Positions 18,811 to 29,123 of a DNA stretch of 64,000 bases are shown in pieces (position 1 is the first letter of the stretch; every line of letters starts with the position of its first letter). The stretch is from a virus, in the IMG/VR virus record IMGVR_UViG_3300048929_000185, positions 59,207 through 123,206 of that record; one strand, 5' to 3'. The notes under the pieces are model-generated. The model worked only from the letters and a program-made list of their open reading frames with translations, was not told the DNA's origin and made no database searches. A program made the translations under genes and the position numbers.

Positions 18811-18933
18811 TTTTTTTATTTTACATATTTTTTCGTATATTCTTACGTATCTCATTTTATCACGTAATATACTATTCGCACAATAGTAAATATCAACAAT
18901 AATATATCAATTATTTTGGAGGAAATTAACAAA

Positions 18934-19128
18934 ATGGTAACTCATAAAGACGTAGAACCCAAAGTAACTGCGGGTAAAAGAAATATTTTGATTAAAGATG
19001 TATCAATCGATGGAGAATTGTTAGTTGACGAAAACGGTTCTATCGCACCGGAGTTGAAAAAGAATTTACCTGACTGGGTACATAAATTCGATATGAAAAT
19101 TAGCATTGAACTTCCAGACGAAGAATAA
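18934..19128 (+). CDS. Small hypothetical protein (YonK-like position)
   Basis: GGAGG RBS; precedes the metallophosphoesterase as in SPbeta. Confidence 0.65.
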   Translation: MVTHKDVEPKVTAGKRNILIKDVSIDGELLVDENGSIAPELKKNLPDWVHKFDMKISIELPDEE

Positions 19129-19133
19129 GAAGG

Positions 19134-20360
19134 GTGGGGACAAAAATAAATAATCAGGCTTTGATACAACCAAATGAAAGTCCAAAGGCTTATAGAATAC
19201 GATTATATAAAAATAGAGATTTATATGGCTTGACAAATACTGAAATCGGTAAATTATGTAACGAAGCTTTTGGCGTAAATTGGGACGAATCTGCCCACCG
19301 AAAGAAAACAAAGAATTATTTAGATGGATATAATGATGCCAAAGATGAATTAGGTACTCCTGATAAGCAATTACAGGGCATGATTGAAGAAAACAAAACC
19401 TTAAAACGTGAAGCACAGCGAGAACTTATGAAAGTGCAGACCGAAAAGCTCGAATATGCCCGATGGCAGCGTGAACTTGCTAGAGATGAACTGTTTGAAG
19501 AAAAAGTATTACAGGCAATTAGAGATAATTCTAAAATAATTATTCCAGAAGATATTCCTGTAGTACATAACAAACGTGCTGGACAGTTAAACTTTGCCGA
19601 CTCTCATTTTGGAAAGGAATTTAAGATTTATGGACTTTTTGATGAAGTTATAAACGAATATAGCCCTGAAATCTATTATTCCAGAATGGAGCAAATATAT
19701 AATCAGACAGTTGAAATTATTGAAAATGAAAAACTGTCAGAAATTCATGTTAATAATCTCGGAGATCATATTGAGGGATTTATAAGACACTCTCAGTTAT
19801 GGAGTCTTCGTTACGGAGCTATTGATAGTGCTATTATCTTTGGTAATTATCTTGGGAATTGGCTCAACAAACTCTCCAAGTTAGTTAATGTGGTATATCA
19901 TCAAACGGACGGAAATCACGACGAATTTCGGCTTCTGGACGGAAAAAAGAATGAGCATTTATGTGATACGGCAGGTAAAATTGTTAGAAATAATATCATT
20001 ACAAAGAATGAAAATAATCCAAACTTCAAATATGTAGAAAATAAGACTGGATTTATTTTTGATTCTATTGCTGGATATAACATTTTAGGAATTCATGGAG
20101 AAGTTTCAAATTTAGCACAGGCTTTAAAGGATTTTTCTGATATTTATGATGTGCGTATTGACTACATAATTGGAGGACATAAACATCGTAATGACTTTAT
20201 AAATTGTGGAGTAAGACGTGGAGCTATGACGGTTGGATCAATTGTTGGAAGCGATGATTTTTCTATGAGAATTAGGAAATCGGCTGATGCCACCGCTTCT
20301 TTTGTGATTTATGAAGAAGGAAAAGGCAAGGTATGTGAACATACACTTGTATTAAATTAA
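19134..20360 (+). CDS. Calcineurin-like metallophosphoesterase (YonJ-like)
   Basis: DSHFG, LGD, GNHD, HG and GHKH motifs. Confidence 0.85.
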   Translation: MGTKINNQALIQPNESPKAYRIRLYKNRDLYGLTNTEIGKLCNEAFGVNWDESAHRKKTKNYLDGYNDAKDELGTPDKQLQGMIEENKTLKREAQRELMKVQTEKLEYARWQRELARDELFEEKVLQAIRDNSKIIIPEDIPVVHNKRAGQLNFADSHFGKEFKIYGLFDEVINEYSPEIYYSRMEQIYNQTVEIIENEKLSEIHVNNLGDHIEGFIRHSQLWSLRYGAIDSAIIFGNYLGNWLNKLSKLVNVVYHQTDGNHDEFRLLDGKKNEHLCDTAGKIVRNNIITKNENNPNFKYVENKTGFIFDSIAGYNILGIHGEVSNLAQALKDFSDIYDVRIDYIIGGHKHRNDFINCGVRRGAMTVGSIVGSDDFSMRIRKSADATASFVIYEEGKGKVCEHTLVLN

Positions 20361-20432
20361 TTATTCGCGGAGAGTATGGCGCTCTCCTATTTTATTACAA
20401 AAAAAAATAAAATTAAGGAGATTTATAAAAAT

Positions 20433-20708
20433 ATGACAAAGACAGAATTCATTTCAGAAGTAGCTACAAGAGTAAACGTGAGCAAATTACAGGCTGAAGA
20501 TTTAGTAAAAGCCTTTTTAGAAACAGTAGAAGAAACACTGGTTAAAGATGATAGGCTTCAGCTTACCGGATTCGGGACATTCGAGGTTGTTGAACGTGCT
20601 GCCAGAGAAGGTAGAAATCCTAAAGATGGTACTCCACTTCGCATTGAAGCTTCAAAATCTCCCAAATTTAAACCTGGCAAGTCTCTGAAGGATTCCTTAA
20701 ATAGATAG
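20433..20708 (+). CDS. hup: HU-family DNA-binding protein
   Basis: MTKTEFI..LTGFGTFEV..AREGRNPK..PKFKPGKSLKD. Confidence 0.95.
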   Translation: MTKTEFISEVATRVNVSKLQAEDLVKAFLETVEETLVKDDRLQLTGFGTFEVVERAAREGRNPKDGTPLRIEASKSPKFKPGKSLKDSLNR

Positions 20709-20720
20709 GTGGTGTTATAA

Positions 20721-20864
20721 ATGTATGACGAAGATGCTTTAATCATCTCTCTTACCGATGATGAGATTACTATTTTAAAAGAAGTATTAAAGAACAGACT
20801 TGAATCTTGTCTTTCATTGGGAGAACAGGTAACGATTGAGGAATTAATTGAAAAGTTAAATTAA
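20721..20864 (+). CDS. Small acidic hypothetical protein (47 aa)
   Basis: AGGTGG RBS; followed by a terminator. Confidence 0.5.
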   Translation: MYDEDALIISLTDDEITILKEVLKNRLESCLSLGEQVTIEELIEKLN

Positions 20865-20867
20865 CAT

Positions 20868-20902
20868 AGGACTCTGCACTGTAATAGGTGTGGAGTTTTT
20901 TA
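20868..20902 (+). terminator. Intrinsic terminator
   Basis: GGACTCTGCAC..GTGTGGAGTT followed by a T-run. Confidence 0.6.
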
Positions 20903-21050
20903 GATGGAAAATAATGTATGGGTATGCTCCATGCTCCATTAATGGTTGTTTTGAGAGATAATTACTCTCCTCTTCCATAAACGCATTGAACCTGACGAAA
21001 CGTTTGGTTCTTTTTGTTTACACAAATGAATCAACGAAAGGATTGATAGC

Positions 21051-21710
21051 ATGTTAATAGAAATTGCAAAATTTAATAAGGTAGAAACAACTGTAGTGAG
21101 TAGTCTTGATGTATCAGAAACATTTGATAAACATCACCGCGATGTAATGGAGTCAATAAGGACGATAGGTTCAAACATTAGTACAGCGGAATTTTCCGCT
21201 CTATTTAATTTGACATCATACAGAGCTTCTAATGGTAAAACCAATCCTATGTATGTAATGACAAAGGACGGATTTACACTTCTTGCAATGGGATATACAG
21301 GTGAAAAAGCTATGAAGTTTAAACTTGCTTATATTAAGCAGTTTAATGCAATGGAAAAAGCTTTACAGGGAAAACTTATTGAAAGAGAAAAAGGAATTGC
21401 CGTAAGGCAGTCTTTGACAAAGGCTCTACAGCTATCAACAGAAAATGAGAGAATGCATGGACATGCATATTCAAATTATACAAATTGTATATATAAAGTC
21501 TTATTTGGCATGAACGCAAATCAGTTAAGAGATAAATATGGAATTGGTAAAAACGATCAGATAAGAGACTGTTTGTCAGAAAATGAGTTAAGAGCAATAC
21601 AATCCATGGAAAGCATGGTGAGTGGATTGGTTGATTGCGGTTGGGGATATGATCAAATTAAAACTTTTATTGAACAAACAAATACAACAAAACAATTAGG
21701 AGTGGCTTAA
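21051..21710 (+). CDS. Rha-family phage regulatory protein
   Basis: SSLDVSETFDKHHRDVM..MTKDGFTLLAMGYTGEKAMKFKLAYIKQFNAME. Confidence 0.9.
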   Translation: MLIEIAKFNKVETTVVSSLDVSETFDKHHRDVMESIRTIGSNISTAEFSALFNLTSYRASNGKTNPMYVMTKDGFTLLAMGYTGEKAMKFKLAYIKQFNAMEKALQGKLIEREKGIAVRQSLTKALQLSTENERMHGHAYSNYTNCIYKVLFGMNANQLRDKYGIGKNDQIRDCLSENELRAIQSMESMVSGLVDCGWGYDQIKTFIEQTNTTKQLGVA

Positions 21711-21751
21711 TGTCACTCTCTTTTTATTAGCAAAAGAGGGGGAGTGAGTGA

Positions 21752-22783
21752 ATGGACGGTAAAATTGCAGACCGTAGCGATGATATAACAGACGAAATGT
21801 GGCTTGAAGTAAATGAGTTTAATCGTAATATGGTTCAGGAATACTTAGAAAATCAGGCTGAATTAGCAGTAAAAACAAAAATAGGCTACGAATCAGCGTT
21901 AAAAATATTTTTCTACTGGGTGAAAGAACATCTGAATAATAAAAGTTGCCTGGAAATAAAAAAGAAAGAATTTGTAAGATACTTAAACTGGCTTACAAAC
22001 AGAGGGCTTTCGGATTCGGCTATTAAGTTTAAGAAATCTGCGGTAAGCAATATATGTAATTACATAATGATGATGTACGAGGAGGAATATCCTACCTTCA
22101 GAACGTTCGTAACAAAGGAAATGAAAGTGGTAAAAACCGGTTATGTACACCCTAAAATCCCGCTCACTCCTGATGAATATGTTCATTTATGCGAAGAATT
22201 GGAGAAACGAGAGGAATGGGAGAAACTAGCCTACCTTATGTTTTCTTATTCTACAGGTTGTCGTAGAGCTGAAGCAAGACAATTACTAAAGGAAGTAGTT
22301 AATTATACTCCCGTTGAAAATGAAATTACAATTATCGATGAAGATAAAAATGAGCAAAAAGTGATGTCTAAAAAATACATAACACACACAATTCGTTGTA
22401 AAGGAGCTTCCGTAATCGGAAAACCAAGAAAACTTAAATTTGGCGAAGAAGTCATGGACGTATTTAAAAAGTGGTTAGAGGTACGTGGTGAAGATGATAA
22501 CCCATATATGTTTACCATTAATGTAAAGAAAACTGGAGAGGTTAGACAGGTTGCAGAAGGAACATTTAATGGTTGGTGCAAAGGCTTATTTGCTGAAATA
22601 GTTGGTCGAAGAGTTCATCCTCATCTATTTCGGGAGTCAAGAGCTACAAATTTAGTCGTTTATGAACATAAATCTGCTGAAGTTGCTCAGAAATTATTAG
22701 GCCACAACGATGTAACTACCACGAAAAATCATTATATTATCCGAAATGATGAGGCTGACGAATCTGACGAAGCATTCACTTAG
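21752..22783 (+). CDS. Tyrosine recombinase (XerC/D-like)
   Basis: STGCRRAE (R), KG, HLFRESR (HxxR), LLGH, HY. Confidence 0.9.
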   Translation: MDGKIADRSDDITDEMWLEVNEFNRNMVQEYLENQAELAVKTKIGYESALKIFFYWVKEHLNNKSCLEIKKKEFVRYLNWLTNRGLSDSAIKFKKSAVSNICNYIMMMYEEEYPTFRTFVTKEMKVVKTGYVHPKIPLTPDEYVHLCEELEKREEWEKLAYLMFSYSTGCRRAEARQLLKEVVNYTPVENEITIIDEDKNEQKVMSKKYITHTIRCKGASVIGKPRKLKFGEEVMDVFKKWLEVRGEDDNPYMFTINVKKTGEVRQVAEGTFNGWCKGLFAEIVGRRVHPHLFRESRATNLVVYEHKSAEVAQKLLGHNDVTTTKNHYIIRNDEADESDEAFT

Positions 22784-22864
22784 AATCCAACTTTCATTGG
22801 TAAAACACAGGCTCGCTTGCCGAGGGAATTGTAGTAGCCAATCCGGGCACTCCCCTGTCTAAAA

Positions 22865-23218
22865 AAAATTGTGAACGATTGTTACTTAAAAGAACCGTTA
22901 AGTCGGCAATTCAAAAAGAAATGAGTTAATAACTCAAACCTTCGGGTATGAAATCCCAACAAAAAATAATATTGGTTCTGACGTGCATGGGAAGTCAGAT
23001 TAAATGTGGTCAATCAGGTAACGGTATCTGAGCGTAAAACAACCAACAGCAGGAAGAGCTTGCTGCTTATCAAGGCGAGGTTGGTAGACCTACTGAACTG
23101 CCTAGGAACTGACATGCTTCCTAGAAAGGTGAAAACCGTATGTTTAAGTGCGATAGAATTAACTGTAGGCGAAACGCCGTACTTCCGTATTATTGGAAGT
23201 GTGTCATTTGACACTATA
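22865..23218 (+). ncRNA. Candidate large, multiply pseudoknotted ncRNA (ROOL/GOLLD-like context)
   Basis: At least 7 hairpins, closing helix 22878-22890/23143-23154, pseudoknots ACCGTTA/TAACGGT and GCATG/CATGC. Confidence 0.6.
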
Positions 23219-23275
23219 TATTAATAATTCAGAAGAGACAACTACTCTCCTATCTTGCCGAAAGGAGTAATTAAA

Positions 23276-24157
23276 TTGAATATTAACCAAAATACAAACT
23301 TTGGAACACACAATACATCTGTGCGTCCAGGCAAAATAGAATACATAATTATACATTACGTAGGAGCCACGGGTGATGCAAAGGCAAACATAAATTATTA
23401 TAATCAGCCAACTACTACAAATGCATCTGCCGACTTCTATGTCGGATTTTCCGGTGATGTATGGCAATACAATCCTGATCCAATCTCTCGCTATTGTTGG
23501 GCAGTAGGAGGAAAGAAATTATCTACGGGTGGTGGATCATTATACGGGATTGCTAAGAATGTCAACTGTGTAAGCGTCGAAATGTGTGTTAGGAATAATG
23601 GCAGCAAAGCAGATACAAGCCGAGACTGGTATTTTGAAGATGCCACTGTACAGTCAGCTATTGAACTTACTAAAGAACTGATGACTAGATACAATATTCC
23701 AGTTGATCGAGTAATCAGACACTATGATGTGACGGGAAAGATTTGTCCAAATCCTTACGTATACGATCATACTAAACATACATGGACTGATTTTAAGGCG
23801 GCTCTCACTGAACAAAAAACACATGAAAAGAAATCCGGTTGGAAACAGGAAGACGGTGGCTGGCGCTTTTATAACGGTGACACCGGAGAATGTATTAAAA
23901 ACGACTGGTATCATGACACAGAAAAAAATTTATGGTACTGGTTTGACGGAAATGGAATGATGGTTACAAATACATGGTATCAATATAAAGGTGGTTGGTA
24001 CTATCTCAACGCAGATGGCGCTATGTGCAGATCACAACTTGTAGAAAATAATGGTAAGATCTATGCTGTTGATTCTGATGGAAAGATGGTAACTGGAGAG
24101 GTATTGGTATCAACATTAAGCGATGGATCTTTACAGTATAAAGGGTTAGCAAAATAG
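23276..24157 (+). CDS. Endolysin: Amidase_2 N-acetylmuramoyl-L-alanine amidase with C-terminal cell-wall-binding repeats
   Basis: IIIHYVG, SADFYV, VSVEMC, IRHYDVTGKICP; WYYL/GWK repeats; TTG start after AAAGGAG. Confidence 0.9.
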   Translation: MNINQNTNFGTHNTSVRPGKIEYIIIHYVGATGDAKANINYYNQPTTTNASADFYVGFSGDVWQYNPDPISRYCWAVGGKKLSTGGGSLYGIAKNVNCVSVEMCVRNNGSKADTSRDWYFEDATVQSAIELTKELMTRYNIPVDRVIRHYDVTGKICPNPYVYDHTKHTWTDFKAALTEQKTHEKKSGWKQEDGGWRFYNGDTGECIKNDWYHDTEKNLWYWFDGNGMMVTNTWYQYKGGWYYLNADGAMCRSQLVENNGKIYAVDSDGKMVTGEVLVSTLSDGSLQYKGLAK

Positions 24158-24168
24158 GAGGAATAAAA

Positions 24169-24462
24169 ATGGAACAGATTATGAAATATATTAAACCGGA
24201 ACTTGTAGTTGTGGCTGTAGTTCTTTATTTTATTGGCATGTGGATTAAACAGGGACAGCTTATTAAAGATAAATATATTCCACTGGTTAATGGAGCCGTA
24301 GGGATCGTTCTGTGCGCTATTTATGTGTTGGCGGCAACTACATTCGGTAACACACAAGAGTTCGCTCTAGTGGTGTTTACGGCGCTCACACAGGGTATTC
24401 TTGTGGCAGGATTAAGTACATATGTTGACCAGATTATTAAGCAGATTAACAAGGACGAATAA
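24169..24462 (+). CDS. Phage holin
   Basis: Three hydrophobic segments, DKYIPL and QGILVAG motifs; follows the endolysin. Confidence 0.85.
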   Translation: MEQIMKYIKPELVVVAVVLYFIGMWIKQGQLIKDKYIPLVNGAVGIVLCAIYVLAATTFGNTQEFALVVFTALTQGILVAGLSTYVDQIIKQINKDE

Positions 24463-24655
24463 CGGATAAATGTAATGTTTTATTGGAGAAATAAATATTC
24501 GCAGTAGATATGGGACATCTCTCTGAGGTGTCTCTTTTTGTGTTGCGAAAACACTAAAACATGGGAGACATGCTGGAGTAGCTACCAGCGTGAGTTAGGT
24601 CTACCTACCCTACTCTCCCATTATTATTTTTTGTAGGTAGAGAAAGTAGGTAAGT

Positions 24656-26302
24656 ATGGTTTCAGAAGAGGAATATAAGCAAAGATTGCAAAAGGTTCAT
24701 GGCAATAAAATTAAATTGGTGTCTGGATATAAAGGCACCTCATTTAAAGCAATTCATTGTTGTGAAAAACATAATTTTGAATATGAAATGTTTCCATATG
24801 CCGCTTTAAGGGGACAAGAATGTAGATATTGCATGAAAGAAAAATTAAGAAATGCTGCTCTTATATCAGAAAGTGAAGCGAAACGTAGACTATTTAACAC
24901 GTATGGAAATGAATTTGAATTATGCGAAAAATATCATGGAGTATCCGAAAACATAAATTTAAGCACAACTTAAAAGATGGAACGAATCATATATTTATGA
25001 CGACATTTACTTTGTTATATTTAGGAGAATGCTGTGGTATATGTAGCAATAATAGAGTTCTAGTTGGATATAACGATATTGGAACAACAAACCCATATAT
25101 CGCGTCATTATTTTCAAACAAAGAAGATGCTTATAACTATGTAGAATTAAGCAATCAAGAAATTGAATTTATATGTCCTGATTGCGGAAGCCGTTCAAAC
25201 CAAATTATTGCTAAAGTTGTAAAAGGGAATAGAGTGCTATGTCCATACTGTTCTGATGGAATTTCGTATCCTAATAAATTTATATATAACTGTTTGATGC
25301 AAATATCATACGAATTGGATTTTATTCACAGAGAATACAAACCTAATTGGTGTAAATTTAAATTAAAAATAAAAGCAAAACTGGTATTTATGATATTTAT
25401 TTTGGGATTAATGGTAAAAAATATATTGTTGAGATGGACGGAGGTTTTCATAATAATCCATATGTAAAATCTGAATTATCTATTTCAGACTCTAAGTACA
25501 TAGATGAACAAAAAGATTTATTGGCGATGCAACATGATATAGAGGTTATTAGAATTGATTGTGATTATCGAAAAATATCTGAAAGATACTCCTTTATTAA
25601 ACAGAACATGTTGAAATCTATTTTATCAAAAATTATAAATTTAACACATATAGATTTTCATGATGCAGACATTAAATCGCTACAGTCTTTGTTAATTGAA
25701 TCTTGCAAATTATGGAATGACGGAATGACAGTTACTAATATAGGAGAAGCTATTGGTGTTAGTGTACAAACTGCCAGATCATATTTAACTTCCGGAATGA
25801 AATGTGGATTATGTGACTATTCAAAGAGTTTAAGTAGAATTCGTTCAAAAACTCAAATACCCGTAATATGTTTAAACGATTTTTCTGAATATAAAAGTAT
25901 TACAGAAGCGGCGGAAAAATATATGCTAACACCTGAATCAATAAGGTCTTGCTGTTGCGGTAAAACATTATCATCTGGAGAAGAAAATGGAAATAGGATT
26001 GTTTGGAAATATTTAGATGATTTTGCACATATGAAAACAAAAGATATAAAGCAATGTTTGATTGACGCGTATACAAAGAAAGTAGTTTGTATATCTAAAA
26101 TATATTATTCGCTACAATTAAAGACGCTGCTGAATGGACTGGAGTAAGTTCATCTGCAATAAGTAAATGTTGCACGGGACTTAGTAAATCATGTGGAATA
26201 GATACAGATAAAAACACCCCAATGCATTGGAAATATTATGATGATTATATAGTAAATAACGATATTAGCACTCTAATCCTTTATGGAAGATTGAGTGCTT
26301 AA
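24656..26302 (+). pseudogene. Free-standing zinc-ribbon / PD-(D/E)xK endonuclease with NUMOD1-like repeats; three single-A frameshifts
   Basis: ORFs 24656, 24922, 25434 and a final frame to TAA 26302 join if one A is added near 24950, 25368 and 26099; shares CSDGISYPNKF and VEMDGG with 39077-40255. Confidence 0.75.
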
Positions 26303-26332
26303 TTTATTGCAAAAAGAAAGGATGGTGTTGTC

Positions 26333-27367
26333 GTGGCACAGCCAAAATCAAACAGACGAATTACTATTACTTCACCGTCTAAAAACACAGAAATTGAAAA
26401 AATTAAATACTCAAAAGAAGATGAACCAAATTTCTACAAATGCCCCGCTTGTGGTTCATCATATAAAATATTAGACGATAATTTCCCGGCTTCTCAAAGT
26501 GAATTATATGCAGGTTGGAGTTACCATCTTCCAATTTGCAAGAAATGTTTGGATAAAATGTTTGAACATTATACAGAGGCGTATGGTGGAGATGAAGATA
26601 CTGCAATAAGAAGATTGTGTGAAAAATATGATATTTATTATGATTTGAGTTTATTAAATGCTAGCAGAAAAATTACAAAAAATAGATCTCGTATTCATAC
26701 ATACATATCAAAGGCAAATTTAAATCAATATTCCGGTAAGACATTTGATACAACATTAGACGAAGAAAGAAAAGAAGGAATTATAGAGACTCTTGAAGAC
26801 GTAAAAGATTCTAAGAAAGCAAAGCTTAAAACTGTAAAATTCTTTGGAACGGGTTTTGAAGACGATGACTATTCTTTTCTTGAAGATGAATATTTAGACT
26901 GGACAACAAGACATGAGTGTAGCACAAAGGCACAGGAAGAAGTTTTTAAACAAATATGTTACGCCCAGTTAGATATATTAAAAGCAAAAAGAAAAGGATT
27001 ACCAACAAAAGACCTAACTAAGACATTACAGGATTTATTGGCAACAGCAAATCTTCAGCCAAAACAAACAAAAGATAATACTTTGGCGGAGCAAAATACA
27101 TTTGGAACCTTAATTAGAAAATGGGAAAACGAGAAACCAATACCTGAGCCAGATGAGGAATGGAAAGATGTTGACGGAATTGTAAAATATATCACCGTCT
27201 ATTTCTTAGGTCATTTGTGTAAAATGATGGGTATTAAAAACTCTTATTCTCGGCTATACGAATCTGAAATGTCAAAATATAAAGTTGAAAAACCAGAATA
27301 CGAAGACGATGATGAAGCTTTGTTTGATGCGGTATTTGGGGGTGAATTGGATGATTCAAACCAATAA
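26333..27367 (+). CDS. Zinc-finger protein upstream of terminase (probable small terminase)
   Basis: CPAC..CKKC; overlaps the large terminase start. Confidence 0.6.
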   Translation: MAQPKSNRRITITSPSKNTEIEKIKYSKEDEPNFYKCPACGSSYKILDDNFPASQSELYAGWSYHLPICKKCLDKMFEHYTEAYGGDEDTAIRRLCEKYDIYYDLSLLNASRKITKNRSRIHTYISKANLNQYSGKTFDTTLDEERKEGIIETLEDVKDSKKAKLKTVKFFGTGFEDDDYSFLEDEYLDWTTRHECSTKAQEEVFKQICYAQLDILKAKRKGLPTKDLTKTLQDLLATANLQPKQTKDNTLAEQNTFGTLIRKWENEKPIPEPDEEWKDVDGIVKYITVYFLGHLCKMMGIKNSYSRLYESEMSKYKVEKPEYEDDDEALFDAVFGGELDDSNQ

Positions 27368-29111
27368 AAAAACAGAGCAAGAAGTCGCAAATGATAAAGC
27401 ATCAAAAATAATGAATGGTGTTGCTACATGGTGTAGCTTTTACCGTTCAAATCCTCATCGATTCGCCCGCGATTATTTGGGAGTCTCCTTAAAGCTTTTT
27501 CAAGTAATATTGCTTTATATGATGAATATAAGTAATTATTTCATGTATCTAGCTGCCCGCGGGCAAGGAAAAACGTGGTTGACTGCTTTATTTTGCACAA
27601 TTCGTTGTATTTTATATCCAGGAACTAAAATTTGTGTAGCATCTAAAAATAGAAATCAAGCTAATGAAGTTCTTGAGAAAATCACGACTGACTTCTTAGA
27701 TAAATCTGATAATTTAAAATTAGAAATTGAAGATTATTCAGTTGGTCAAAACAAGGCATATGTTTTATTTAAGAACGGGTCATGGATAAAGGTTGTAACG
27801 GCATCGGATTCCGGGAGAAGCGCCCGCGCCAATATTTTAATTACAGATGAATTTAGAATGGTTGATTTGATAGTAATAAATACGGTTTTACGTAAATTTT
27901 TAACAGCTCCAAGAACTCCAAAGTATTTAAGCAAAAAAGAATACAAACATCTAGTTGAAAGAAATAAAGAAATCTATATGTCTAGCTGTTGGTTTAAAAG
28001 TCATTGGTCTTTTGAAAAGGCAAAAGCTTATTGCGCCAATCTTGTAAGCGATTCAAAAAAATATTTTATTTGTGGACTTCCATATCAAATATCAATTAAA
28101 GAGGGTTTGCTTTCAAAGGAACAAGTAGCAGATGAAATGTCTGAGGCTGACTTTTCTGAGATGGCATGGGATATGGAAATGGGGTGTTTGTGGTATGGAG
28201 ACAAAGATGGCTCTTTATTCTCATATGAAGATACGTCTAAAAACAGAGTACTTAAAAGAACAGTATATCCTACACACATATCAAAATTACTTTCAGATAA
28301 ATCAACCAAAATGCCAGATTTAAAAAATCAAGAACAAAGAATAATTTCAGTTGACGTGGCTCTTTTGGCTTCAAAGAAACAAAACAACGACGCTGCTTCT
28401 ATTTTTATTAATAGTGCTATTCCCACAAACAATCAAAGATATATTGGGAATTTAATATATACTGAAAATCATGAGGGACTAAATACTGATGAACTTGCAT
28501 TGATTGTTAGAAGATATTATGAAATGTATAAGTGCACATATATTGCATTAGATGTTAAGGGAATTGGCCTTGGAGTGTATGATTGTTTAATAAAAGATAT
28601 GTACGATCCATTAACAGGAGAAACGTATGGTGCATTAAGCTGTTGTAATGATAAAGTTTATGCCGATAGATGCAAGGTTCAGGGCGCACCAAAAGTAATT
28701 TGGGCAATACAGGCGACCGCGCAGTTTAATAACGATATGTATTTATCTTTGCGAGAAGGATTTAGACAAAATAAAATAAACCTTCTTATAAATGAATTTG
28801 AAGCAGACGAAGTCTTAAAAGATATTAGAGGATATAACTCCTTACAAATAAGTGATAAAACTTTATTACAAATGCCATATATACATACCACATTACTCAT
28901 AAATGAGCTGATTAATTTGGAATATGAAGCAAAAGGGGTAAACATAAGAGTACATGAGAAATCTGGAATGCGAAAAGATAGGGTTTCTAGTGTTGGATAT
29001 AATTATTGGGTGCAATGCCAATTGGAAACAAAATTGAAAAAGCCAGCAAGTACTTCATTTGATCCATCAGAAGCATTTAAAATCAGGCAACCAAAATTAC
29101 GTAAATATTAA
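27351..29111 (+). CDS. Terminase large subunit
   Basis: AARGQGKT Walker A, ILITDE Walker B, SVDVA and KDRVSS nuclease motifs. Confidence 0.92.
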   Translation: MIQTNKKTEQEVANDKASKIMNGVATWCSFYRSNPHRFARDYLGVSLKLFQVILLYMMNISNYFMYLAARGQGKTWLTALFCTIRCILYPGTKICVASKNRNQANEVLEKITTDFLDKSDNLKLEIEDYSVGQNKAYVLFKNGSWIKVVTASDSGRSARANILITDEFRMVDLIVINTVLRKFLTAPRTPKYLSKKEYKHLVERNKEIYMSSCWFKSHWSFEKAKAYCANLVSDSKKYFICGLPYQISIKEGLLSKEQVADEMSEADFSEMAWDMEMGCLWYGDKDGSLFSYEDTSKNRVLKRTVYPTHISKLLSDKSTKMPDLKNQEQRIISVDVALLASKKQNNDAASIFINSAIPTNNQRYIGNLIYTENHEGLNTDELALIVRRYYEMYKCTYIALDVKGIGLGVYDCLIKDMYDPLTGETYGALSCCNDKVYADRCKVQGAPKVIWAIQATAQFNNDMYLSLREGFRQNKINLLINEFEADEVLKDIRGYNSLQISDKTLLQMPYIHTTLLINELINLEYEAKGVNIRVHEKSGMRKDRVSSVGYNYWVQCQLETKLKKPASTSFDPSEAFKIRQPKLRKY

Positions 29112-29123
29112 GGAGGTGAGAAT

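Noticed and set aside
21752-22783. Tyrosine recombinase as the prophage integrase marking an att end
   Set aside because: Phage genes on both sides; no att core or host genes identified
23006-23224. Short ORFs on both strands over the ncRNA candidate
   Set aside because: No RBS; extensive nested pairing explains the sequence better
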